A stretch of DNA of 28,987 bases from IMG/VR virus record IMGVR_UViG_3300025503_000003, positions 1 to 28,987 of that record, one strand, 5' to 3'. The DNA comes from a virus. Taxonomy: Duplodnaviria > Caudoviricetes. Made by a program: the position numbers and the translations under genes. Shown piece by piece: positions 1 through 9,179 of the stretch; the stretch's first letter is position 1; each line of letters starts with the position of its first letter. The notes under the pieces are model-generated. The model made no database searches and was not told the origin of the DNA. It saw nothing but the letters and a program-made list of their open reading frames with translations.

Positions 1-1
1 T

Positions 2-2086
2 CGCGGAGCCCGAACGGCCCGCCAGTATCAGGACCAGTTCGACCCCGGCTACCACCGGATCGGCGACATCGCGCGGCTCGGCCAGCGCGGGCAGCGTGCC
101 GCGCGCGATAGGGACTACACCGAGCTCAAGCTGATCGAGGCTGAGCTCAAGAAGATCGATTCGAACCTCGTCAAGGATCTGCGCGAGAACCCGGCTCGGG
201 CCGAGATGATCGGCCGGCAGCGCGAGCAGGTGGCGATCGCTCAGGCCCGGGTCGCTGCGGGCAAGGCGGACGACACGAACCCCTTTGGCGGGGTGCTCGG
301 AGCGATCGGTGCGATCAAGGCTAGCCCGTGGATGAAGGTCGCTAGTGCGGTCGGAGAACTGGTCGTCGATGCGATCACCAGTCCCGAGCTGATCGCCAAG
401 ATGTATGACGGGCTGCTGAGCGGCGCCACGCCCTACATGAACCTGCAACTCGGGTCGCGAGACATCGGCCGGGCAGGGGACTTCGCTGGTTCTGATCTCG
501 CCTCGACCCTATACCCGGGCGGTAAGACCCCAGGCTGGATGGCAGCCTACGGCTACACGCCGCAGAGCGCCCTGAGCACGCTCGGCACCTACGGGATCCC
601 GGTGCAGAGCGCGTCCGACGCGCAGGGTATCCTGCAATCGATCGGCAATGCGCAGCTCGCGCCCTACCTGGGCGGCCTCGGTCTCGACAGGTACGCCAAG
701 TCGGCGAACCTCGCGCAGACGCTGGGCGTGCATTTCCAGGACGAGTACGGCTTCGACCGGGCTTTTAGCCCGTCATCTCCAATGTCGCGCAACAGCCAGG
801 GTGGCAACGGCGACCTAGACTCCTACTGGCGCCAGTGGCAGCGGGTCATGACTGCGGCTACGGCTGCCGGCATGGACCACTCCCAGGTCATGAGCTCGGT
901 CGAAGGGCTGATGCGCTCGACGGCGTCCGCCGGAGGCGCCGAGACTAATTTCAGCGACATATCCGCCTTCTGGTGGCGCCTCGCGCAGTCCGGCACACCC
1001 AACATGCGGTCAGGTCAGGGAGAGATGACCGCTCTCGCTGGCATGACTTCAGCGATCAATTCGACAGGCCTCAACGGCGGGACGGCGCAGAATACCGCAC
1101 TCTACAACTACTTCAGTCGTAACGGCGGGATTCCCAAGACATCGGACGCCCTAGCAAAGTTCCTGCACGTCAATCCCGATACCATGTCGCCCGGCGAAAA
1201 AGCCGAGTTCGACGCCGCGTTCAACGCGGCGCAGGAAGGCAATTCGGCCGTCTTCTTCCAATACCTGCAGCCTTTCCTGCGGTCGAAATCGGACGTTTGG
1301 ACATCTGTGGTCCAGGGCTCCGGGATGATACCAAGCGGTTCCATAGGCGGAATTGTCGGCGGCGCAATATCCGGCATGGGGACCGACGCCTACGTTCAGC
1401 TCTCGGCCAGCGGAAAGGCTCCGCTTCCCAAATCGAAGGGTCTCGGCAAGGGCTCGATCAGTCCCGCGATCGACAAGCTGATTGTAGCCGCCGCGGCGCG
1501 TCACAGACTGGATCCGAACCTCCTTCGTGCCGAGGTGATGCAAGAGAGCACCGGAGATCCGACCCTGATCAATACCGACAGTGAGGGCAAAAAGGCATAT
1601 GGCCTGATGCAGCTTCGCAGCGGAGCCATGGCGGACGAGCACGTAAGCCTCGATCAGGTCATGGACCCCGCCGTGAACATTGAGGCAGGGGCGGACTACC
1701 TTGCGCACCAGATCAACGCATCTGGAGGCGATGTCCGCATGGGTGTTGCAAGCTACAACCAGGGCTACCGAGGCGCGCGGGCTCCAACCAATGTAGTCAA
1801 GAAGACAGGCTACGGATATGGACAGCAATATGCTGACGATGTCCTCTCTTGGAAGACGTCGTTCGATAATAACCCTGACACCATGAACAAGGCGATTGCC
1901 AACGGCGGTCAGATCGACATGGATGCGTCCAAGCAAGCCTACCAGTTCCTGACCGTGGTGAGCTCGGCGGCGCCGGCACTCCAGAAGTGGAACGTCGAGG
2001 TCATCAAAGGCACCGCCGTCATCTCCGAGTTCGTCAACCAGATGATCGCCGGGATGCACATGGCCCGCGCGCCGCGGATGCCCTGA
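2..2086 (+). CDS. Tape measure / tail protein with C-terminal lytic transglycosylase (SLT, GH23-like) domain; 5' end lies outside the window
   Basis: The frame of the 206..2086 ORF is open back to base 2. The body is Ala/Gly-rich. SLT motifs are present near 1470-1770: AAARHRLDPNLLRAEVMQES (catalytic Glu), AYGLMQL, DPAVNIEAGADYL, ASYNQG. It lies directly upstream of baseplate genes. Confidence 0.8.
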   Translation, partial: RGARTARQYQDQFDPGYHRIGDIARLGQRGQRAARDRDYTELKLIEAELKKIDSNLVKDLRENPARAEMIGRQREQVAIAQARVAAGKADDTNPFGGVLGAIGAIKASPWMKVASAVGELVVDAITSPELIAKMYDGLLSGATPYMNLQLGSRDIGRAGDFAGSDLASTLYPGGKTPGWMAAYGYTPQSALSTLGTYGIPVQSASDAQGILQSIGNAQLAPYLGGLGLDRYAKSANLAQTLGVHFQDEYGFDRAFSPSSPMSRNSQGGNGDLDSYWRQWQRVMTAATAAGMDHSQVMSSVEGLMRSTASAGGAETNFSDISAFWWRLAQSGTPNMRSGQGEMTALAGMTSAINSTGLNGGTAQNTALYNYFSRNGGIPKTSDALAKFLHVNPDTMSPGEKAEFDAAFNAAQEGNSAVFFQYLQPFLRSKSDVWTSVVQGSGMIPSGSIGGIVGGAISGMGTDAYVQLSASGKAPLPKSKGLGKGSISPAIDKLIVAAAARHRLDPNLLRAEVMQESTGDPTLINTDSEGKKAYGLMQLRSGAMADEHVSLDQVMDPAVNIEAGADYLAHQINASGGDVRMGVASYNQGYRGARAPTNVVKKTGYGYGQQYADDVLSWKTSFDNNPDTMNKAIANGGQIDMDASKQAYQFLTVVSSAAPALQKWNVEVIKGTAVISEFVNQMIAGMHMARAPRMP

Positions 2087-3702
2087 TGCCGAACAACCAT
2101 GCAGCGCCGGCGTGCTCCGTCGACATCTACCCGTACGAGGGTGGCGCCTACTCCATCAGCGGCCAGAGCGGCGCCATCCAGGGCGTGAGCGTGTCGTTCT
2201 CCCGCGGCGGTGCCGGGTCGTTCCAGATCCAGCTTGCCCCGGGCGGCCCGATGGGCGTGAACAGCCGGCCGTCTTGGGCGCAGATCATCACGAAGATGTC
2301 CCTGGTCGTGATAGGCATGTCGCGCGGCGGCTACCGGCGCATCGTCATGATCGGCGTCGCGCAGTCCGTGACTGAGCCGGTGCAGTGGGGCGCGACGGTC
2401 CAGCGCAACATCGCCGTGACCGGAGCGGACTTCGGCTACTTCTTCCGCTCGATGTCCTACTACAACCTGAACCTGCTGACCGGCCTCAACGGCGGCGCGG
2501 CCGGGTCTCTCGCGCTGCCGGCCATGATCAGCAGCGCGCTGCTTGCCGGCACGCCGCAGAGTGTCGGCGCCGCGTGGTTCAAACTCATGGCGGGCCCGAA
2601 CGGGATCCTAGCGAACACCAAGATGCCCTACCGAGGTACGCCCGTCTTGTTCGGCAGCTTCATGTCGACGGTCTTCGAGGCGTACCCGAACCCGGTCGGC
2701 ATCCCGACCGCCGCCAACTTCATCGGCGACGAGGGGTCCTGGCTCGACAAGTTCGGGACGTTCTTCCAGGCGCCGTGGTACGAGATGTTCCTGACCACCG
2801 CGCCGGTCGGCTTCTACCCGGGCGCGACGGCCGCCGCCAGCCCGGTCCAGATGCAGGGGTACCCGGACGCCAGCCCGGTGTTCGTGGCGCGCGTCAACCC
2901 GCTGCCGCGGCTTACCGTCTCGGGGGGATCCGAGACCGCGCCGAACCTCGCACTCGACCAGAGCCTGTGGAACGGGCTGCCGGGCTACACGGTGGACCCC
3001 GAGGTCACAGGCTACCTGGCCGTCTCGCCGGTGTGGGGCAGCGACGAGGTCAGCAACTTCTACGTCCTGAACCCGACGATCCTGAGCACGACGCTCGGCA
3101 GCCAGAACGGTGGCGTCTCGCCCTTCACCCTGAGCTTCGCGGCGTGGATCAATATCGCGTCCCTGCACCGCTACGGCTATCACCCGAGGATCTCGGAGAC
3201 CTACTGGTTCGCCGATCCGACCGGCGCCCAGGCGCGGGCGAACGCATCCAACGGCGTCACCTTCGCCGACTTCCAGAACCTCGTCTCCGATCTCTCCCTC
3301 CGGGTCGCCAGCATCCATGAGCCCCTGCCGCTGATGGCCAGGCTGACCTCGGCGCATGAGTTGCGACCCGACATCATGGTCGGCTGCACCTTCACGCTGC
3401 CGCTGTACAAGGACATGGCGCCCTGGACGTTCTACATCGACTCGGTCTCGCATCAGTTCCAGTTCGGCGGCCAGTCGAGCACAACACTCAACCTGTCGCG
3501 CGGCCTGCCTGCTGCGGCCTATCAGGATCCGGCGCTGATGGCTGACGTGCTGCAAGGCAACGCCCAGTGGCTGAACGGCACGCTGCAGTCGGGCGTGCCC
3601 GCCGGCCTCGGCCCCACCCTGGCGCCGTTCAACAACGCCGACGCGGCGGCGATGACCGCAGCCGCTGCCGGGGTGTTCGCCCAAACGAACCCAGGGTCCT
3701 GA
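2086..3702 (+). CDS. Putative baseplate hub protein (gp27/gpD-like), 538 aa
   Basis: ATG at 2086 overlaps the upstream TGA (TGATG), so the start is MPNNHAAP rather than 1987. It sits after the tape measure, and the C-terminal FYIDSVSHQFQFGGQSSTTLNLSRG resembles hub-protein ends. Confidence 0.6.
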   Translation: MPNNHAAPACSVDIYPYEGGAYSISGQSGAIQGVSVSFSRGGAGSFQIQLAPGGPMGVNSRPSWAQIITKMSLVVIGMSRGGYRRIVMIGVAQSVTEPVQWGATVQRNIAVTGADFGYFFRSMSYYNLNLLTGLNGGAAGSLALPAMISSALLAGTPQSVGAAWFKLMAGPNGILANTKMPYRGTPVLFGSFMSTVFEAYPNPVGIPTAANFIGDEGSWLDKFGTFFQAPWYEMFLTTAPVGFYPGATAAASPVQMQGYPDASPVFVARVNPLPRLTVSGGSETAPNLALDQSLWNGLPGYTVDPEVTGYLAVSPVWGSDEVSNFYVLNPTILSTTLGSQNGGVSPFTLSFAAWINIASLHRYGYHPRISETYWFADPTGAQARANASNGVTFADFQNLVSDLSLRVASIHEPLPLMARLTSAHELRPDIMVGCTFTLPLYKDMAPWTFYIDSVSHQFQFGGQSSTTLNLSRGLPAAAYQDPALMADVLQGNAQWLNGTLQSGVPAGLGPTLAPFNNADAAAMTAAAAGVFAQTNPGS

Positions 3703-3705
3703 CGG

Positions 3706-3722
3706 CTCTCTCTCTCTCTCTC
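3706..3722. repeat. (CT)8C simple sequence repeat in the intergenic spacer
   Basis: CTCTCTCTCTCTCTCTC read directly. It is followed by two small inverted repeats: TCGGC/GCCGA (3721-3735) and GCGCGCT/AGCGCGC (3738-3759). Confidence 0.9.
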
Positions 3723-3775
3723 GGCTGTGGGCCGAAAGCGCGCTTAGACCTTAGCGCGCATGACGGGAGCAGGCT

Positions 3776-4213
3776 ATGAGCGGCGCGTACTGGGAGCAGC
3801 CTAGCTACCTGCAGAACCTACAGGCGAACGCATCGGTCAGTCAGTCCGACTCCGGTAGTTCGTCCGGGTCGCCGCTTGGCACGTCCCTGACGATCGTCCA
3901 GCGCGGGCCGAGCGGCGAGGTGACCGACTACAGCCAGGTTGTCGGCACGACTGCGGTCGAGCGCTACCCGGACCTCTCCACGCTCAGCGAAACGCCCAGC
4001 TACATCAGGATCATGAACGTCAGCGCCGCCGGCGGCCCGAACCTTTGGGTGAGTCGCAAGCTGGGCAATGCCGTCGCGCCGCACACGGCTGGCGCCGTCA
4101 TGATTCCGCCCGGCGAATACGAGGTCTGGACGGCCCCCGGATTCATCCCGCTCAACCCCGTCTGGGCGATCGCCGACAACACGAACTGCAATACCACCGT
4201 CGAGGTCGGCTGA
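3776..4213 (+). CDS. Small putative virion accessory protein (145 aa): N-terminal MSGAYWEQP peptide, Ser/Gly linker, beta-rich domain
   Basis: GGGAG SD-like sequence upstream. The pattern YIRIMNVS...NLWVS...MIPPGEYEVW...VWAIA...TVEVG resembles small jelly-roll phage decoration proteins (recognition by eye only). Confidence 0.55.
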   Translation: MSGAYWEQPSYLQNLQANASVSQSDSGSSSGSPLGTSLTIVQRGPSGEVTDYSQVVGTTAVERYPDLSTLSETPSYIRIMNVSAAGGPNLWVSRKLGNAVAPHTAGAVMIPPGEYEVWTAPGFIPLNPVWAIADNTNCNTTVEVG

Positions 4214-4503
4214 TGCGTGCCCTCCGCTCCATCGTCGCGGCTCTATTCGCGTCTGCAAGTACGATCGCCCCGGCTCTTGCGCAGTCGATCGGCGGCCTGC
4301 CGAGCGGGTACTCCTCGGCTGCGGCCTATTCGGACCCGACGAAGCGGGCGCCGACGCAGACCGACGACGTATCGCACGGCTACCCGGTCGGTTCGTTCTG
4401 GCTTTACAACGGCGCGGGTGGCGGCGGCGGCGGTTCCGGCACTGGCGGCGGCGGCTTGGGCGGCCGAGGCGGTGGCCCGCTCGCGATCGTCTGGTGGAAC
4501 TGA
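4213..4503 (+). CDS. 96-aa mini-protein with signal peptide, fibre-like APTxxDDxxxGYxVGSxW motif and Gly-rich C-terminus; possibly an internally deleted fibre gene
   Basis: ATG at 4213 overlaps the upstream TGA and the ORF fills the gap to the spike gene. It is the 3' part of track ORF 4045..4503, starting MRALRSIVAALFASASTIAPALAQ. Confidence 0.6.
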   Translation: MRALRSIVAALFASASTIAPALAQSIGGLPSGYSSAAAYSDPTKRAPTQTDDVSHGYPVGSFWLYNGAGGGGGGSGTGGGGLGGRGGGPLAIVWWN

Positions 4504-4516
4504 ACAGGACCTGCCG

Positions 4517-5332
4517 GTGTTTCCGCAGCTTACCAAGGCCCAGGTCTATTCGGTCGATCCGAACAAGCGCCTGCTGTACGTGCTGCTGCCGTCGTCGCAG
4601 GGCCTCGGGATCCCGGTCGAGATGGGCTACGAGGGCCCGGCCGACGCGCTTCGGCTGCGCCAGACACCGATGCCGACGAAGGGCACCTGGGGGCTCGTCG
4701 CCTTCCCGCATGGCGACAGCCGGAACGGTGTGTGGCTCCGGTCGATCTACACCTCGAAAGAGAACGCCGTCCTGCCCGGTGACGCCAATGCGGACTACGA
4801 CTCGCACTGGTCAGGCGCGTGGAGCCTGATGACCGGCGACGGCCAGGTCTACAAGTCGTTCCCCGACGGGACGTTCATCACGCTCGCGGACGAGACCACG
4901 CTGCCGGCGCTGACCCGCAACACGGTCGACCAGACCCAGACGCAGCAGGCGGTCCCGTACCCGCAGACCGACCGGCTGGCCTCGGCGCCGCCCGCGCGGC
5001 CGCTGCACGTCCACCACTCGTCGGGCACGGACCTGCTGGTCGACAAGACGGGGAACACCACCATCACGATTGCGGCAGGCGCTTCGGTCTCGGTATCCTG
5101 CGGCGGCACGACGGTCACCATCAGCCCGCAGGGTGGCATCACCGTCGTACTGGCGAGCGGCCAGTCGACGCAGTTCACCAATGGCGGCGCGGCGTCCGAC
5201 ATGCTCACCAAGGCGACAGAGCTCGTCGCGCTGTTCAACGCGCACACGCATGCCGACAACGGCAGTGGCGTCCCGAACCAGCAGATCACCGCGGCCGAGA
5301 TCGGCTCCGCGCTTGTGAAGGTCACATCATGA
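4517..5332 (+). CDS. Baseplate spike / puncturing protein (gpV/gp5-like), 271 aa
   Basis: GTG at 4517 preceded by AGGA (4506-4509). OB-fold-like N-terminus (AQVYSVDP...PMPTKGTWGLVAFPHGD), beta-strand repeats, and a C-terminal FNAHTH HxH metal-binding tip motif. Confidence 0.75.
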   Translation: MFPQLTKAQVYSVDPNKRLLYVLLPSSQGLGIPVEMGYEGPADALRLRQTPMPTKGTWGLVAFPHGDSRNGVWLRSIYTSKENAVLPGDANADYDSHWSGAWSLMTGDGQVYKSFPDGTFITLADETTLPALTRNTVDQTQTQQAVPYPQTDRLASAPPARPLHVHHSSGTDLLVDKTGNTTITIAAGASVSVSCGGTTVTISPQGGITVVLASGQSTQFTNGGAASDMLTKATELVALFNAHTHADNGSGVPNQQITAAEIGSALVKVTS

Positions 5333-7116
5333 CGGCGTACTTCTGGGCCGCGTCTAACCTGAAGGCCCGCGCCGCCTGCTGCGCGGTGTCGGCCAACGGG
5401 CTGGTCGTGCCTGCGTGGTCAGAGCCGGGAACCGTCTTCACGTTCGACGGCGCCACGGTCACCCCGGCGCTGACGGCCATGTCGAGCGCAGACGAGATGA
5501 CGGGGCGCGGGTCAGTCGGCGTGGCCTGCACAAGCTCGGGCGGCACCTGGACGCTCTCGGCGGCGGGCCTGTTGAGCAGCTACGGCACCTCGTTCTCGCT
5601 CAGCGCCTCGTTCACGCTCGCGGCCGCGCCGTACACCGGGCTGGCCTCGATTGGCAACACCGTCTATGCCTGCTCGTCCGCTGGCGTCGTGTGGTCCTCG
5701 TCGGGCTCGGCGCCCGTGCAGGTCGGCACGTTCGGCACGATGCCGCGCGGCCTGGTGACCGATGGCACCGACCTCTACGCGGCGCTGCCGCTGACCTCCC
5801 AGCTTGGAATCATGGTCGCATCGAGCGGCGCGGTCAGCACAGTCGCGTCTCCGGTGCCGCTGCCGGCGTTCGTGGCAGTCAAGTCGGGATCTGTCGCGGT
5901 GGCGGGCTGGTCATCTGCGGTGCTCCCGGCCGGCACATCCTACTTCGCAGCGGCGCCCGGCGTCTCGCCTACCGAGGCGGCCATCTGCAATGCGGCGGCT
6001 GGTAGCGTCACGCTGCTCGCCGGCACCGACCCCGATTGGACGACCGGGTCCTCGGTCAGCGGCATGGCCGGCGTCTCGGCCGTAGCCTGGACCACGAACA
6101 GCGAGCAGATCCTGGCCGCGGCGCCGGGCGACTTCTACGTCGTGTCGATCACGGCCGGCGCCCTGGCGATAGCGCAGACCCTGTCCGCAACCGGCGTCAC
6201 GGCGATCGGCGTCGTCCCCGATGGGTCGGAGGCGCTCCTTGCGCAAACCGGCGCCAATCAGATCGCGGTGATCTCGCAGAGCGTTGGCACTTGGTCTATC
6301 AGTTCCGCGATCAGCAGCGTGTCGGCGCCGGTCGCGATCTTGCTCACCAGCAGCGTCGAAGGGTTCGCGATCGGCGGCGGCGGCCTGATAACCCTGCAGC
6401 GCAACGGCGCCGCCTGGGAAGTGAACGCGACGACGCCGCTGACCGTGGGCGGAACGACCGTCACCGGAACCGGCATCGTGGCGGACGCGGCCGGCAATCT
6501 CTACGTGACCGCGACGAACGGCGCCAGCGGCTACCTGATGGTGCTCAGCGCGGCCGGGACGCCGCTGGCGTCAACCACCTGGACTGGCGGTGCGGCGGGC
6601 CTCGTGATCGTCTCCGAACAGGTTCTGGTGCTCGACAACACCAACGCCCTCGTGCGCCCTTTCGCCCATGTAGGCGGGGCTCTCGAGCCGCAAGCGACCA
6701 CGGCCGCGCCGGCGGGGCCGACGACCATCACGGCCGGATCTATCAGCGTCGTGGTCGCCGGGGCCAGCGCCACCGGCCTCTACGAGCTCGGCGCACCATA
6801 CGCCCTGCTCCCCATCCGAGAGGGAATGGTCGGGCTGTACCAGTCGAGTGCCTGGACGACGTACACCCTTGGCGTCGGGCACGACCCCTCGGCGGTCGCC
6901 TTCGACGCAGCCGGCGCGCTGCACGTCGTCACCACGCAGAATGACCACTACACCTTCTCGACCACGGGCGGCATCGCTCAGACCGGCCTCGTTCCGGTTC
7001 CGGTCTACAGCGGCCAGACTGCGGGCACGTCGCTGGCCATGAGCTCTCTGACCCCGTGGAACGGTCACCTGTATGCAACGACGAGCGCGAGCGGGGTCAT
7101 CGTCGAGGTAGCATAG
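5329..7116 (+). CDS. Beta-propeller-like virion protein, 595 aa
   Basis: ATG at 5329 in an ATGA overlap with the spike stop. Repeated blade-like motifs: PRGLVTDGTDLYA, AIGVVPDGSEALLA, GIVADAAGNLYVT, PSAVAFDAAGALHVV. Confidence 0.6.
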   Translation: MTAYFWAASNLKARAACCAVSANGLVVPAWSEPGTVFTFDGATVTPALTAMSSADEMTGRGSVGVACTSSGGTWTLSAAGLLSSYGTSFSLSASFTLAAAPYTGLASIGNTVYACSSAGVVWSSSGSAPVQVGTFGTMPRGLVTDGTDLYAALPLTSQLGIMVASSGAVSTVASPVPLPAFVAVKSGSVAVAGWSSAVLPAGTSYFAAAPGVSPTEAAICNAAAGSVTLLAGTDPDWTTGSSVSGMAGVSAVAWTTNSEQILAAAPGDFYVVSITAGALAIAQTLSATGVTAIGVVPDGSEALLAQTGANQIAVISQSVGTWSISSAISSVSAPVAILLTSSVEGFAIGGGGLITLQRNGAAWEVNATTPLTVGGTTVTGTGIVADAAGNLYVTATNGASGYLMVLSAAGTPLASTTWTGGAAGLVIVSEQVLVLDNTNALVRPFAHVGGALEPQATTAAPAGPTTITAGSISVVVAGASATGLYELGAPYALLPIREGMVGLYQSSAWTTYTLGVGHDPSAVAFDAAGALHVVTTQNDHYTFSTTGGIAQTGLVPVPVYSGQTAGTSLAMSSLTPWNGHLYATTSASGVIVEVA

Positions 7117-7117
7117 C

Positions 7118-7762
7118 GTGCAGGGCTTCCAAACCATACCCGTCGCGAACCTGCAGCTTGCGCTCTACACCCTGACGGTGCGGGCGCCTGGCGGCTTCGG
7201 CGCACCCGTGCCCGGGTTGAGCTTCACCTTCCCGATCAGCCCGCAGAACGTTCGCAAGGAGGCGCAGGCGGCGACCGCCATCTTCGACACGGCGGGCTAC
7301 GCCTACCAGAACGGCGTGAACAGGTCGGCCGACGAGTACGGCATCGCGCCGCCCGTTTACACCCTGCGCGGTACGACGGGCTGGAAACTGCACAGCCAGG
7401 ACGGCTACCAGTGGACGGGCCGAGAGTCGTGCCTGCAACTGCAGAGCATCCTTCAACAGTACGCGCAGCTGAACACCGCGCAGCAGCAGAACCAGCAACC
7501 CGATCTCTACACGCTTGAACTCTATGACTATTTCATGGAGGAGTTCTGGCAGGTCGTGCCCGTCGGCGCGATCGGCATCGAGCAGAGCGCCGATCGGCCG
7601 CTGATGTCCTTCTACACGTTCCGGCTCGCGGCGGTCGCATCGGTGTCCGATCCCGTGCCGCCGAACCTGGACGCCGTCGCCGCGATCCTGGCCGCGTCCG
7701 CGCCGGCCGGCATCGGCGGGTTCCTGCCGGTCGTGAACACCCTGCTCGGGGCCTACTCGTGA
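7118..7762 (+). CDS. Putative tail tube initiator / baseplate organiser
   Basis: FTFPISPQNVRKE...YTLRGTTGW...QSADRPLMSFYTFRL resembles tube-fold initiator proteins, and the gene lies between the spike and wedge genes. Confidence 0.55.
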   Translation: MQGFQTIPVANLQLALYTLTVRAPGGFGAPVPGLSFTFPISPQNVRKEAQAATAIFDTAGYAYQNGVNRSADEYGIAPPVYTLRGTTGWKLHSQDGYQWTGRESCLQLQSILQQYAQLNTAQQQNQQPDLYTLELYDYFMEEFWQVVPVGAIGIEQSADRPLMSFYTFRLAAVASVSDPVPPNLDAVAAILAASAPAGIGGFLPVVNTLLGAYS

Positions 7763-9171
7763 GCAGCTTCCCGAACGTCACCGGCTACCCGGCGACCGTG
7801 TGGACGGCGGCGCGTGCCGCGCTCGCCTGGCTGCCCGCGCAGTTGAACGCCAACAACCCGTCGGCCTCGACGCTGGCCGCTACCACCGTGGCGAGCACCG
7901 TGCGTAACAGCCGGGACGCGCTGTCAGCCTACCTCTACGGCCAGTCGTTGACGACGCTCTACGATGACCTCTCATACGTGCTGACCCTGCCCCTGGCCAT
8001 TGACGCAGGGACGGCCGCGATCGTCACGTCCCGGATTGCGACGGTCCAGCGCGTCGCGGCGGCTGCGGCCACGCTGGCGCCCGCGACGGTGAGCAACCCT
8101 ACCCTCGCGCTGACGGCTGGAACGCCGGCCGTGGCGGATCCGCTGCTCATCGAGTGGTGTATGGCCTTCGCCTACGAAGCCGTACCGGACGGCCTCACGA
8201 CGGCTGCGGTGGCGAGCACCGCACAGGCCTACGCCGCCGCTTGGGACGCGCTCCTGGCCGCTCTCGAGGGCATCGCGTGCCCGGGCAACACAGTGGATGC
8301 GGTCGAGCAGATGGCCCTGGTCGCCGCGGACATCGCCGCCAAGGTCGCCCGCGTTTCGATCAGCCAGTTCTCGAGCCCGGCGACGGTCTGGAATCAACTC
8401 GTGGCCATGCCGACGTGCCTGCGCCTGGCGAACGCCACGTCCTGCGACCCGACCAGCGCAGCGTCTCAGCAGATCATGGTCCTGCGCTACGTCCTCGGCA
8501 CGTCCCTGGCCGATCTCTACACCCTGCTCATATCGCTCCGGGACACCACCCCGGCGCAGATCCAGCTTGTGACGGTGCGGCAGAACGACACGCTGATGGC
8601 GATCGCGGCCCGGACGCTCGGGGATTTCGAGCGGTTCACCGACATCGCCAAGCTGAACAACCTCCTGCCGCCCTACATCTCGAACACGCCGCAGGCTGGG
8701 TGCGCGGTTCCCGGCCAGCAACTCTACATCCCGACGGCCGGCGCGGTGACGGTGACGACGCGGCCGGCGTCCTACACGCAGAACTACCTCGGGATCGATC
8801 TCTACTACGGGCCGCTGAACGAGGACATGCTTCCCTGGACCGGGGACTTCGCGACGATCTCGGGCTACGCGAACCTGAGCTTCTCTCTCGGCCGACGGCT
8901 GCAAACCACACTAGGGTCGCTCATCTTTCACGGGGACTTCGGGTCACGCATTCCGCCGGAAGTCGGAAAGGTCGTGGTCCAGGCCACGTCGGGGCATCTG
9001 GCGGCGTACGCGAAGTCGGCGATCTTGTCTGACCCGCGGACCTATCAGGTTCCAGTGCTGAACGTCACGGTGCAGGCGAGCTACGCCATCAGCATCGAAG
9101 CGACAGTCACGCCGAACGGGTCCGTCGGGTCCTCGGCGAAGGTGAACGAGGTGTTGCAGCCGCAGTCGTAG
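7759..9171 (+). CDS. Baseplate wedge protein: helical N-terminus, LysM-like domain and gp25/gpW-like sheath-initiator domain
   Basis: LysM-like VTVRQNDTLMAIAARTLGD...IAKLNNL...PGQQLYIP; gp25-like ISGYANLSFSLGRRLQTTLGSLIFHGDFGS...AILSDPR. GTGA overlap with the upstream stop. Confidence 0.75.
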   Translation: MSSFPNVTGYPATVWTAARAALAWLPAQLNANNPSASTLAATTVASTVRNSRDALSAYLYGQSLTTLYDDLSYVLTLPLAIDAGTAAIVTSRIATVQRVAAAAATLAPATVSNPTLALTAGTPAVADPLLIEWCMAFAYEAVPDGLTTAAVASTAQAYAAAWDALLAALEGIACPGNTVDAVEQMALVAADIAAKVARVSISQFSSPATVWNQLVAMPTCLRLANATSCDPTSAASQQIMVLRYVLGTSLADLYTLLISLRDTTPAQIQLVTVRQNDTLMAIAARTLGDFERFTDIAKLNNLLPPYISNTPQAGCAVPGQQLYIPTAGAVTVTTRPASYTQNYLGIDLYYGPLNEDMLPWTGDFATISGYANLSFSLGRRLQTTLGSLIFHGDFGSRIPPEVGKVVVQATSGHLAAYAKSAILSDPRTYQVPVLNVTVQASYAISIEATVTPNGSVGSSAKVNEVLQPQS

Positions 9172-9179
9172 GTGCTTGA

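Noticed and set aside
1987-5328. ORF-track extended starts at 1987, 4045, 4217 and 4819 (likewise 14585, 21196, 21380, 25025)
   Set aside because: The extensions overlap neighbouring genes or intergenic motifs and translate as shadow-like sequence. Downstream starts have SD sequences or stop/start coupling.
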